NCBI GenBank assembly: GCA_038247415.1
Contig: JBBRUX010000065.1
Span: forward strand, 1 to 16,661
Origin: Chitinivibrionales bacterium
Lineage (GTDB): Bacteria > Fibrobacterota > Chitinivibrionia > Chitinivibrionales > WJKA01
DNA: 16,661 nt
Direction of reading: 5' to 3'
Part shown: piece by piece, positions 7,487 to 16,528 of the stretch
How positions within the stretch are numbered: position 1 is the stretch's first letter
Layout: each line of letters starts with the position of its first letter
The notes under the pieces: generated by a model
Databases searched by the model: none
Told to the model about the DNA's origin: nothing
The model's input: only the letters and a program-made list of their open reading frames with translations
Program-made: the position numbers and the translations under genes

Positions 7487-9919
7487 TTATTTTGCGATAG
7501 GAGTGCGCATCGAGTAGAAGCTACGCCATACGAAAATAAGAGCAATAATAAAGAATACAAGGCCAACATACACAGAAATTGCGCGGAACTTATCAGCGAT
7601 GGCAATTTCCATGGCCAGGAGACCAAAGAGGGTTGTGAACTTTATAATTGGGTTCATTGCTACAGAGCTGGTATCTTTGAATGGGTCACCAACGGTATCG
7701 CCAATAACCATTGCTGCATGCAAGTCGGTGCCTTTTTCGCGGAGGTCAACTTCAACAACCTTTTTAGCGTTATCCCAGCATCCACCGGCGTTTGCCATGA
7801 AGATTGCCTGAAAAAGACCAAAAACTGCTATCGAAATGAGGTAGCTGACAAAAAAGGAGAGCGCTTGATAATTGTTCTGAACTCCAGGTGAACTGAGAAA
7901 CGCAAAACCAAGTGCAAAGCTAAATACTGCAACAAAGATATTGAACATACCTGTTTGTGCATATTGTGTACAGATTTTAACAACTTCTTTGCTTGTCTCA
8001 GTAGAAGCCTTGAGACTGGCGTTTTCATCGAGGTTGATGTTTTTCTTAATGTACTCAACAGCGCGATAGGCCCCTGTTGTAACCGCTTGTGTGGATGCTC
8101 CAGTAAACCAGTAAATAACAGCTCCACCGCAAATAAATCCAAGAATGCTGAACGGGTTTAACAGGTTGAGAACCTGTTCTGGTTCGATCCCGAGCGAATT
8201 TTTGATAACAAGGATTAGAGAGAAAATCATGGTTGTTGCACCAACAACGGCTGTACCAATAAGTACTGGTTTTGCAGTTGCTTTAAAGGTGTTTCCAGCT
8301 CCATCATTTTCTTCGAGATAGTGCTTTGCATTTTCGAAGTTGGGCTTGAAGCCAAAATCTTTTTCGATTTCTTTTTCGATGCCAGGAATGGTTTCGATAA
8401 GTGAGAGCTCATAGACAGATTGCGCATTGTCGGTAACGGGACCATAACTATCGACTGCAATGGTAACAGGTCCCATGCCTAAAAACCCAAATGCTACAAG
8501 GCCGAATGCGAATATTGACGGATAAATCATGAATTGGTCGAGACCGTAATTGCTTGCAAAATAAGCTGCAAACATAAGGGCAAAGAAAACCATACCTTGC
8601 CAGAAGGCACTAAAATTACCTGCAACCAAACCAGACAGAATTGCCAAAGATGCGCCACCAGCGCGTCCACTATTAACAACTTCTGCTACATGTTTGCTTT
8701 TGGGGCTGGTAAAAATCTTGGTAAATTCGGGAATAAGAGCGCCACCAAGAGTTCCGCAAGAAATGATAACCGAAAGTACAAACCACAAGTTGTTTGGAAG
8801 GTCGCCAATAAGAACTTTGGAGGCAAGGAATGTCACTGCTATAGAAATGATAGAAGTGATCCATACTAAATGGGTAAGGGGTGCCTCAAAATCAAGCTTT
8901 GTAGTTTTGCTATATAATGCCTTAGAAATGATGCCGTTAATATAGAACGATCCAATTGACGTAATGATCATAAGAATGCGCATAACAAAAATCCAGGTAA
9001 GAAGCGATGCCTGGTTAGCTATAGCATTATCACCTTTTGTAACTGCAAGAACAATAAAGCTAATCAGCGCAACGCCTGTTACGCCATATGTTTCGAATCC
9101 ATCTGCAGTGGGTCCAACGCTGTCTCCTGCATTATCACCTGTGCAGTCGGCTATAACACCAGGATTTCGTGGATCATCTTCTTTGATTTTGAAAACAATC
9201 TTCATGAGATCGGAACCAACGTCAGCGATCTTGGTGAAAATACCGCCAGCGATACGTAACGCGCTCGCACCGAGAGATTCTCCGATAGCAAATCCGATAA
9301 AGCAAGCTCCTGCGATAGCGCGCGGAACAGCAAGTAGGATAATAAGCATCATGATGAGTTCAACGCATACAAGGAGAACGCCGATGCTCATACCAGCATT
9401 GAGAGGAATATTGAGCAATTTAAGGGGTTTGCCTTCGAGTGATGCAAATGCCATGCGGCTATTGGCAAGGGTGTTCATACGGATTCCAAACCATGCTACA
9501 CCGTAGGAACCAAGAATACCAATGATTGTCCAAACGAGGATAAGCCCTACGTTAAAAGCAGATTCACCCTGAAGGTATCCAAAATAGAAACCAACACAAA
9601 GGCCAATGATAACAAACAAAATTGCTATAAATTTGCCTTGTTGTACGAGGTATGTTTTGCATGTTTCAAAAATTATGCTGCTAACATCGAGCATTGACTG
9701 ATGTGCCCTGATTTTTTTAACAAGCGCATACTGGAACAGAGCAAAGAGTAGGCCGAGAACACATATACCAAGCCCAATGTAGAGCATTTGGTTTTGAGCT
9801 CCAGAAAGCTCTGGGATTTTTAAGTTTGCTTCACTCGCAAAAAGGGGTGATGCAGACATCAGCATCCCGCTTAAAGCAGCAACGCTGCTAAGGGAGCTTA
9901 AACGCTTAAAACTGAACAT
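7487..9919 (-). CDS. hppA: Membrane-integral cation-translocating pyrophosphatase (K+-independent, divergent subfamily) with N-terminal signal peptide
   Basis: Motifs GGIFTKIADVGSDL, EDDPRNPGVIADCTGDNAGD, DSYGPVTDNA, GNTFKA, GGCWDNAKK and GDTVGDPFKDTS, plus many TM segments. AAGGAGG RBS. Confidence 0.97.
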   Translation of the reverse strand: MFSFKRLSSLSSVAALSGMLMSASPLFASEANLKIPELSGAQNQMLYIGLGICVLGLLFALFQYALVKKIRAHQSMLDVSSIIFETCKTYLVQQGKFIAILFVIIGLCVGFYFGYLQGESAFNVGLILVWTIIGILGSYGVAWFGIRMNTLANSRMAFASLEGKPLKLLNIPLNAGMSIGVLLVCVELIMMLIILLAVPRAIAGACFIGFAIGESLGASALRIAGGIFTKIADVGSDLMKIVFKIKEDDPRNPGVIADCTGDNAGDSVGPTADGFETYGVTGVALISFIVLAVTKGDNAIANQASLLTWIFVMRILMIITSIGSFYINGIISKALYSKTTKLDFEAPLTHLVWITSIISIAVTFLASKVLIGDLPNNLWFVLSVIISCGTLGGALIPEFTKIFTSPKSKHVAEVVNSGRAGGASLAILSGLVAGNFSAFWQGMVFFALMFAAYFASNYGLDQFMIYPSIFAFGLVAFGFLGMGPVTIAVDSYGPVTDNAQSVYELSLIETIPGIEKEIEKDFGFKPNFENAKHYLEENDGAGNTFKATAKPVLIGTAVVGATTMIFSLILVIKNSLGIEPEQVLNLLNPFSILGFICGGAVIYWFTGASTQAVTTGAYRAVEYIKKNINLDENASLKASTETSKEVVKICTQYAQTGMFNIFVAVFSFALGFAFLSSPGVQNNYQALSFFVSYLISIAVFGLFQAIFMANAGGCWDNAKKVVEVDLREKGTDLHAAMVIGDTVGDPFKDTSSVAMNPIIKFTTLFGLLAMEIAIADKFRAISVYVGLVFFIIALIFVWRSFYSMRTPIAK

Positions 9920-10079
9920 CAGGGGGCCTCCTTAAAAGGTAAGTATAAAACGGTACAAATTTGTTCTGATTTTACCCTGCAAAGAGGGTAGATTCAAATT
10001 CGAATCACCGTTTAAATTCAGGGCTTTTATGATATAAAAGCGATGGTAAATATACACTCTGCCAGAAATTAAAATGCAA
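9920..10079 (-). promoter_or_regulatory. hppA upstream region: weak sigma70-like promoter (TTGCAT-N19-TATATT) and structured leader
   Basis: Hexamers at 10079-10074 and 10054-10049 (the spacer is long). Inverted repeats at 10023-10041, 9948-9954/10007-10013, 9973-9990 and 9991-10006. Confidence 0.4.
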
Positions 10080-10289
10080 GAATTCTTCTGACCTTATGCG
10101 TAAATCAGGGCATTTTTAAGCGTAGTTCTACAGAAGATGCTTTAATTGCCATTGCTAGTAAATTGTAGTGTATCATAATTGGTGCGGGGATAGCAAGCAA
10201 TCGACAAAAGGTGGGTTTCGGGACGCGAACGCCCATGGGGAGATATAGTGAGAATCGACTTTTAACAAAGACGTTGTAGTGAGCAACCC

Positions 10290-10766
10290 TTACCAATTAG
10301 AATGTGTGGAATTTAGTCCAAACAGAGGTTGGTTGAGAAACAGAGATTGATCTGATTTGATAACAGAAAATCGCATAAGCATGTTTTCTCGAGGTTTCCA
10401 GGTTAAAGAAACATCAAATGGCATACTTTTAAAGTAGTCCGCAGAGTTTAATGTTTGAGCATTAAGATTCTGCGCTGGATTGAATGTAGAATACAAGGGC
10501 ATGCCAAAATTAAGGTTAAGAGTAACAGGCACAGCGAATTTGTAGCTCATAAGCGTAGAATACATGCTGCTCGATTGTGTTTTTATCCCTTGGCTGCCCA
10601 CCATGCCAAAGCTTAGTGCATGATGAATAGAAAAACGAGAGGTGTCGAGCAATCCAGAGCCATTGGAGGGCGTAATAGATTTATAATCGTCTGCGGTTTG
10701 AGCGGAGGATATAAAAGAGTTAGCAACAATAAAAAGTAGAGCGTAAGCATATAAATGATTTTTCAT
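10290..10766 (-). CDS. Hypothetical secreted/outer-membrane protein (~158 aa)
   Basis: GAGGAG RBS before the ATG at 10766; signal peptide MKNHLYAYALLFIVANSFISSA; alternating beta-strand-like pattern in the mature part. Confidence 0.8.
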   Translation of the reverse strand: MKNHLYAYALLFIVANSFISSAQTADDYKSITPSNGSGLLDTSRFSIHHALSFGMVGSQGIKTQSSSMYSTLMSYKFAVPVTLNLNFGMPLYSTFNPAQNLNAQTLNSADYFKSMPFDVSLTWKPRENMLMRFSVIKSDQSLFLNQPLFGLNSTHSNW

Positions 10767-10908
10767 AATAATACTCCTCTTGAACGGTATACGTTTGGAA
10801 AGGTTCATTATTAAAATATTATTTCCTGAGAATGAGATGCTACTTTTACGCAATTGTATTTTATAGCAATAACGATTTAGACTATCACACGGTTAAGGAG
10901 ACTCGAAG

Positions 10909-11994
10909 ATGATTATTCATATGGCCAAGGGATCCACCCCGGATCAAGAACAAGTGGTTTTGGATCGAATCAAGAAGCGCGGCTTTTCTTATGATGTTAT
11001 TCATGGTTCTACAGGCATAGATGTCATTGGAGTCCTTGGCGACCTCAGCAATGTCGAAGAGAGCTATTTTGCTGAGCTTAATGGCGTCGACAAGGTTGTT
11101 CGCATTTCAAAACCCTACAAGCTTGTCTCGCGTGAATTTTCTAAAGCCACACGAATTATACAGGTGAACGGGTTTCCTATCGGTGGTAAAAAAATTGCAA
11201 TTATGGCTGGTCCGTGTTCTTTAGAAACAGAAGATCAGGTACAAACTATTGCCGCCTACGTTGGAGAACTCGGTATCCCCATAATGCGTGGGGGAGCCTA
11301 TAAGCCGCGAACATCCCCGTATAGTTTTCAGGGAATGGGGCTTTCTGGATTGGAACTCCTCGACAAGGCTCGTAAAAAAAATGGGGTTGCTATTATTACA
11401 GAAGCCACAGGAATGCACAGACATGTATTAGAAGATGGTTCGATAGAACAACGCAATGTGCTAGAAAATGTCATTCAATATGCCGATATCATTCAAATTG
11501 GCGCACGCAATATGAAATCGTATGGCATGCTGCAAGAATTGGCTCGACATACCAAAGATTCTAAAATTCCAGTGCTCCTCAAACGCGGCGATTCCTCTAC
11601 CCTCAAAGATTTTTTGCTTGCAGCCGAATATATAGTAGCAAATGGCAATCCTAACGTGATGCTCTGTTTGCGTGGTATTCGAACATTTGAAGAAGAAAAG
11701 TTTCAAAGGTTTACGGCTGATATTGGAGCGCTTACGGTTCTTAAACGTGAATCTAATTTGCCGGTTATTTTTGACCCTTCCCATTCAACAGGGTATCGTG
11801 CCAGCGTAGAAGCAATAGCGCTTGCCGCAGTTGCAGCAGGTGCCGATGGCCTTCTTATAGAAACTCATAACGATCCTGCAAATGCGCTGTGTGATGGAGA
11901 ACAATCTATTACTAAAGATCAGCTCGCAATATTGTGTGCAAAGGCTGATAAAGTGCGTGAGTTACTGTATCCCGATGGATACATCCCTGCATAG
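10909..11994 (+). CDS. aroF: 3-deoxy-7-phosphoheptulonate (DAHP) synthase, type I-beta, with N-terminal ferredoxin/ACT-like regulatory domain
   Basis: Motifs [50 protein letters not shown] and [17 protein letters not shown]. Confidence 0.96.
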   Translation: MIIHMAKGSTPDQEQVVLDRIKKRGFSYDVIHGSTGIDVIGVLGDLSNVEESYFAELNGVDKVVRISKPYKLVSREFSKATRIIQVNGFPIGGKKIAIMAGPCSLETEDQVQTIAAYVGELGIPIMRGGAYKPRTSPYSFQGMGLSGLELLDKARKKNGVAIITEATGMHRHVLEDGSIEQRNVLENVIQYADIIQIGARNMKSYGMLQELARHTKDSKIPVLLKRGDSSTLKDFLLAAEYIVANGNPNVMLCLRGIRTFEEEKFQRFTADIGALTVLKRESNLPVIFDPSHSTGYRASVEAIALAAVAAGADGLLIETHNDPANALCDGEQSITKDQLAILCAKADKVRELLYPDGYIPA

Positions 11995-12001
11995 TTTACT
12001 T

Positions 12002-13078
12002 ATGAAAAAAAAAGTGCTTGTTGGCATGAGTGGGGGAGTCGACTCCTCTGTTACTGGATTGCTTCTTGTTGAGCAGGGTTTTGAAGTTGCGGGTGTAACC
12101 CTCAAACTTTTTGAAAATGACAACACCTGCGAAGCTAAAAACGATAAGACCTGCTGTGGCTATTCACACACGCGGGATGCCAAGCTTGTTGCCGACAAGC
12201 TTGGCTTTCGACATTATGTTATTGATGGCTCAGATGTGTTTCGCGAAAAAGTCATAGACTCTTTTATCAACGAATACCGCTCTGGATCCACTCCTAATCC
12301 GTGCATTAACTGTAACGAATGGGTTAAATTTCCTCTCTTGCTTGATAGTGCCGATAAGCTCGGTTATTCCTTTGTAGCAACGGGACATTATGCCTGCCTT
12401 GCCAACGGGGTATTGTCTCGGGGGAAGGATAGGGCAAAAGACCAATCGTATTTTCTTTCGGTAATTTACAAAAGCGACCCCGCTAGAATCCTTTTCCCTC
12501 TCGGTGATCTTTCTAAAACAGAGGTTCGCGAACATGCTGCTCGTGCAGGACTTATTACTGCCAAAAAGAAAGAGAGCCAGGATATATGCTTTGTAACCGA
12601 TGGGTCGTATCAAAACTTTGTGCATCACGATACCTCTGCAAAGCCAGGTAGCCTGCAAGATATTTCGGGTAAGGTAGTGGGCACTCATACGGGCATTGCG
12701 AATTATACGATTGGGCAACGAAAAGGGCTCGGGGCCTTTGGATCACCGCGCTTTGTTGTTTCCATTGACGCAAAGAACAATGTTGTTGTTATTGGAGATC
12801 TGTCCGATTTAGAATCCCATAGTGTACGTATCAAAAGTCTTCACTGGCGCAAGGATTATGTTTGCGCGCTGGGGGATCTTGTAGATGTTCAGATCAGATA
12901 TCGATCTTTGCCGGTGAAAGGCGTAATTTCTGCTATCGAACAGGATAGTATTACGGTAACGTGTACGAGCGCGATCCGGGCACAAGCCCCTGGGCAAACA
13001 GCCGTGCTGTATCAGGGTGAGAATGTCGTTGGAGGTGGGATAATTTGCCCAGATGATGATTCTAAGCAGATTCCCTGA
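12002..13078 (+). CDS. mnmA: tRNA 2-thiouridine(34) synthase
   Basis: Motifs MSGGVDSS (PP-loop), TPNPCINCN, ATGHYA, KDQSYFL, ESQDICF, YTIGQRKGLG and PGQ. The ATG at 12002 lies 7 nt after the aroF stop. Confidence 0.97.
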   Translation: MKKKVLVGMSGGVDSSVTGLLLVEQGFEVAGVTLKLFENDNTCEAKNDKTCCGYSHTRDAKLVADKLGFRHYVIDGSDVFREKVIDSFINEYRSGSTPNPCINCNEWVKFPLLLDSADKLGYSFVATGHYACLANGVLSRGKDRAKDQSYFLSVIYKSDPARILFPLGDLSKTEVREHAARAGLITAKKKESQDICFVTDGSYQNFVHHDTSAKPGSLQDISGKVVGTHTGIANYTIGQRKGLGAFGSPRFVVSIDAKNNVVVIGDLSDLESHSVRIKSLHWRKDYVCALGDLVDVQIRYRSLPVKGVISAIEQDSITVTCTSAIRAQAPGQTAVLYQGENVVGGGIICPDDDSKQIP

Positions 13079-14057
13079 TAATAAATTTTGTGGGCAGCTC
13101 TTTATGCTTTATCGAGATTTCTCTTCCCTCTAATTTGTCAATCATCATATTAATTGCATGGTCTCCCATTTCAAGCTTCGGTTGCCGGACTGTTGTAAGG
13201 GATGGTTCCACAACTTCTGCGGCGGGCAAATCATCAAAGCCAACAATCGCAAGGCTGTCTGGAACATTGATGCTATATTTTTTAGCTTCTTTAATTATAC
13301 CGATTGCAACCATGTCACCGGCGGGAACAAATATCGCCGAAATTGTATCTAGTCTGCTCCGCATACGTCCAAAAACATAAGCGCCAGATTCCATTGTGTC
13401 ATCATCTACTTCAAAAACAAGAGAAGGATCAAATGCGATGCCGCGAAGGGCAAGCGACTCTTTGTATCCTTTAAGGCGGTCATCCATGGGCAGGGATTGT
13501 TTATGGCACATAACGCACGCAATATTTTTATGCCCCTTAGCAACAAGATAGTCGGTAGCATCGCGCGCACCAAGGGTATTATTGACATATACGGAATCTA
13601 GCATCTCGCAGTGGTGGGCAACAACCACACAGGGGATCGATTCATCAGAAAAAACACGAAGCTCTTCATCGGTTACATTGGCGCTAATGAGGATTGCTCC
13701 GTCGATTCTCCGTTCACGCGCTAAACGCTGAAACAGTAGTGGGGCAGTCTCCTTTTGTCCTATTGTGTCAAAGAGTTGTACTGTGTAATCGATGTCTCGA
13801 TTGGTACTTTTTATGCCTTGAAGAATGCGAACAACAAATGATGTTGCAAGATTAGGCACAATAACGCCAATGGCATTTGATTTTTTGGTAGCAAGTCCAC
13901 GGGCAATAACATTTGGGTAATAGTTGAGTTCTTTTACAGCTCTAAGTACCTTTTTGCGCGTGGCTTCAGAGATGTTTGGCTTATCATTGATTACCATCGA
14001 TACGGTGGCAGTCGTAACGCCGCATCGTTGCGCAATGTCTTTGAGAGTAAGGGCCAT
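13062..14057 (-). CDS. LacI/GalR-family transcriptional regulator
   Basis: HTH TLKDIAQRCGVTTATVSMVIN, YYPNVIARGL hinge and IVGFDD...PSLTTVRQP. AAGGA RBS before the ATG at 14057. The 3' end overlaps the mnmA 3' end by 17 nt. Confidence 0.96.
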   Translation of the reverse strand: MALTLKDIAQRCGVTTATVSMVINDKPNISEATRKKVLRAVKELNYYPNVIARGLATKKSNAIGVIVPNLATSFVVRILQGIKSTNRDIDYTVQLFDTIGQKETAPLLFQRLARERRIDGAILISANVTDEELRVFSDESIPCVVVAHHCEMLDSVYVNNTLGARDATDYLVAKGHKNIACVMCHKQSLPMDDRLKGYKESLALRGIAFDPSLVFEVDDDTMESGAYVFGRMRSRLDTISAIFVPAGDMVAIGIIKEAKKYSINVPDSLAIVGFDDLPAAEVVEPSLTTVRQPKLEMGDHAINMMIDKLEGREISIKHKELPTKFIIRESA

Positions 14058-14081
14058 AGTATATTCCTTCAAATAAAAATC

Positions 14082-15041
14082 TTAATAGTGAACTAAGAGA
14101 TTCAGACCTGCTCTGCCTTCGGATACCGAAAGATCTGGTTCGAGTTTTATTTTTTCGTTTATATCATGTAAATGCGCGTCAACAATAGCATCAAAAATGC
14201 CGTAAAAATAAAAAAGAACCGAATACCACAAGAATGTGTTTCTTTTTTGAAAGGATTGGCGCCGTTGATTATCCCATTGTGTATAGTATTTTTGGCTAAA
14301 CGCATGCTCTAAGGTTGTTGTGTCCGCAAACGTTGCTAACCTCTGCTCGGAAGCATGCATGAGAATTTGATAGTTGACAGCCATGACTCCAAGCGATACT
14401 TGTACCATACTTAAGAAGCCTGCTTTTTTAAGTGATCCATTATAGAGCTGGCCCAATGAAGCAAAGGGAACAGTAGCAAGCCAACCAGCAGTTGCTGGAT
14501 CCCGTGGAGTGGTAGAATAAAAATATCCCGAGTGGTCGAGTGCGTTTAAAATGTTAAAATAATAGCACCCGCCCGCCCAGGTTAGCCCATGCAGAAACCC
14601 AACGCGGTCGTTTTCGGCCTCAAAATTGGCGTAATCAAGTTTCATGCGAAGCTCGGTAAATGAATTTAAATCTAACGTTGTCGATGCAATTGAATCTTGA
14701 AGGGGTGTTATTCTATTAAGTGACATACTATACTTTATATATCTGTCGTAGGTTGCGATTCCCATAATGACCTCTGCCCCAAAAAAACTAAGGGCAGGAA
14801 ATGCATTTTTAGAATAAAGCTGGCCAGATCCTGGAATAATTGCAGAGAGTCCGCCACAAATATAAGGGTTGTAGAGATGGTTATTTCTACCCGATAACAA
14901 GTTTTGCGTTTGCGATGACTCAAGCGAAGTCTTGTTAACAGAGAGTGTCATCGTTGAATCTGAATTAGAGCCCAAGGCTAATCCAGCTAGCACAAGATTA
15001 AGTAAGTAACACCATTTGAACGTTTTTAAAAAATACGGCAC
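14082..15041 (-). CDS. Hypothetical membrane protein with two DUF5683-like repeats
   Basis: Signal-peptide-like N-terminus; two related motifs LSAIIPGSGQLYSKN and LATVPFASLGQLYNGS, each followed by TM helices ending NILNALDH or GIFDAIVDAHL. GTG start uncertain. Confidence 0.75.
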   Translation of the reverse strand: MPYFLKTFKWCYLLNLVLAGLALGSNSDSTMTLSVNKTSLESSQTQNLLSGRNNHLYNPYICGGLSAIIPGSGQLYSKNAFPALSFFGAEVIMGIATYDRYIKYSMSLNRITPLQDSIASTTLDLNSFTELRMKLDYANFEAENDRVGFLHGLTWAGGCYYFNILNALDHSGYFYSTTPRDPATAGWLATVPFASLGQLYNGSLKKAGFLSMVQVSLGVMAVNYQILMHASEQRLATFADTTTLEHAFSQKYYTQWDNQRRQSFQKRNTFLWYSVLFYFYGIFDAIVDAHLHDINEKIKLEPDLSVSEGRAGLNLLVHY

Positions 15042-15171
15042 TAATAATACTCTGCATTATATTAAATGCATAAAGTTATAAAAATAAAAGAGTTGTGTTA
15101 TTTGATATAAATCTTGGAGGCTGGAAATAATGCAACCATACTCAAGAGCCCAAGCATTTAATCTATTAAGT

Positions 15172-15199
15172 AATATAAACGAATTTAAACTAAATGCAA
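15172..15199 (-). promoter_or_regulatory. Putative sigma70-type promoter for the DUF5683-like/LacI genes
   Basis: TTGCAT-N16-TATATT on the minus strand. Confidence 0.4.
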
Positions 15200-16108
15200 T
15201 CAGATTTCGTTAATATAGAGGGGTTTTGAGCCGGAGTACTTTTCGTCGAGGAAATTCATAAAAATCACTTCAGTAGCATTATTTCGTTTAATATTAATAA
15301 TAAGGCGATCAGCATACATCCGAGACATATGAAGACCTCTGCCATTCTCATCCAAAACCCCTTCGCCCTGCATGTGGCGATCGAGGCGATACAGCACTTG
15401 TTCTTTGGTCAGGTGACCACTCGTATCATGGACCGACACACCGTATTTTTCTGAATCTTTTCCTAAGTGAATTTTTATTTTTTCTGCGTCTGAGAGTTTT
15501 ACCTTAGAGTGTTTTGTGTATTTCTTGTTACCCTCAGCATCCAAAGGTGCATGATACATAGCATTGGTAAGAAGTTCTTCCAAAAGAACTTGAACGAGCG
15601 TTTCGGATGGATGAAAACGTTTTATTTCGGCAGCAATGCTTGCTTCTATTTGACTAATTTCTGAAGAATTTTGCAGAGTGAATTCTTTAATGAGTCTGTA
15701 GTCTGGAAGCATATATTTATCAAGGCCGAAAATGTTTTCTGTAACGAGGCTATACACAATTGCATTGAATTCGTCGAAATTAAAAGGCGTCGACTTAGGG
15801 ATAATATTGGAAATTCCAAATTCCTTAGCCAACCGCAGGTAGTCGTCTACGTTATACCCAGTTATGAGAGCAACCTTACACTTTGGATGCTCGGATCGAA
15901 CTTTAGCTGCAAGTTCATAACCTTTCATCCCAGGCATATTGATATCAGAAATAATGAGATCTATGGGTTCTTTTGCTAGAATTTCAAAGGCCTGAGTGGC
16001 GTTGTTGGCGGTAAATACGGTATACTGCTCTTCCAACTCGAGTTCAAGCATCCCGCGCATGATGGCTTCGTCATCGACTATGAGTATTTTTGGTTTTATT
16101 TCGGCCAT
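15200..16108 (-). CDS. Response regulator: receiver domain fused to an HATPase_c (RsbW/anti-sigma-kinase-like) domain
   Basis: REC motifs ILIVDDE, DLIISDINMPGM and ITG..IPK. HATPase N box EELLTNAMYH, G1 VHDTSG and G2 GRGLHM. No HisKA motif. Start is either ATG 16108 or GTG 16117. Confidence 0.9.
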   Translation of the reverse strand: MAEIKPKILIVDDEAIMRGMLELELEEQYTVFTANNATQAFEILAKEPIDLIISDINMPGMKGYELAAKVRSEHPKCKVALITGYNVDDYLRLAKEFGISNIIPKSTPFNFDEFNAIVYSLVTENIFGLDKYMLPDYRLIKEFTLQNSSEISQIEASIAAEIKRFHPSETLVQVLLEELLTNAMYHAPLDAEGNKKYTKHSKVKLSDAEKIKIHLGKDSEKYGVSVHDTSGHLTKEQVLYRLDRHMQGEGVLDENGRGLHMSRMYADRLIINIKRNNATEVIFMNFLDEKYSGSKPLYINEI

Positions 16109-16158
16109 GAGTACCACGTAGCTTCTTTTATCAAATTGCCAAAGCTTCTAGGAATATG

Positions 16159-16187
16159 ATTATGCAATTGGGAAGAAAAAGAGTCAA
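16159..16187 (-). promoter_or_regulatory. Putative sigma70-type promoter for the response regulator
   Basis: TTGACT-N17-CATAAT on the minus strand, ~50 nt upstream of the start codon. Confidence 0.55.
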
Positions 16188-16276
16188 TGGGGATTATTGA
16201 GTTTTTGGGGATTTTTTAATAAAAAATGGCCTTACATAAATGCAAGGGACTCTGGGCATTCCGGGTTCCCCGTCGC

Positions 16277-16391
16277 CCCTTCTTACGGGTTCTGGCTTCG
16301 CCAGCCGGTCTTTCATGCCATGCGGTACTTCGTGCCTAAGGCATTCAAGACTGAACGCTTCACTCCGTTTCGCTTTCACCCTCCAGTCCTG
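16277..16391 (+). repeat. Structured 115-bp repeat, left copy
   Basis: Aligns without gaps to the reverse complement of 16529-16643 (86/115 identical by manual count). Confidence 0.9.
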
Positions 16392-16417
16392 ACTAAAGCG
16401 CTTGACATGAGAGGGGC

Positions 16418-16511
16418 CTGAACATGATTACAAGGATTATGCGATTACCATGATTAATTTGGACAGAAATCAAGATTATCAAGTTAATCATGTGAATCAG
16501 GGTTCAGACAA
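16418..16511. repeat. Imperfect palindromic element with ~9-nt periodic GATT (left) and AATC (right) units
   Basis: CTGAAC at 16418 and GTTCAG at 16502; GATT at 16426, 16435, 16443 and 16452; AATC/TATC at 16468, 16477, 16486 and 16495. Confidence 0.85.
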
Positions 16512-16528
16512 TTGACTCCCGCGTCAGG

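Noticed and set aside
7363..9506. Short antisense or alternative-frame ORFs within hppA (and likewise within folD, aroF, mnmA, lacI, the helicase and the MTase)
   Set aside because: Shadow ORFs of well-supported genes with no independent evidence.
10105..10296. 63-aa ORF or ncRNA between hppA and the secreted protein gene
   Set aside because: No motif or RBS, and only one weak hairpin (about 10212-10235); insufficient support.
11882..12001. 40-aa N-terminal extension of MnmA
   Set aside because: It overlaps aroF by over 100 nt; the family starts at MKKKVLVGMSGG (ATG 12002).
12005..12013. A9 tract at the mnmA start as a phase-variation switch
   Set aside because: It encodes an ordinary in-frame KKK N-terminus of a housekeeping gene.
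16194..16421. ORFs 16194..16379 (-) and 16197..16421 (+) as genes
   Set aside because: They overlap the structured repeat, have no RBS or recognisable motifs, and the second repeat copy varies in a pairing-preserving rather than codon-preserving way.
16418..16511. CRISPR array
   Set aside because: The units are ~9 nt, inverted between halves, with no spacers and no cas genes in the window.
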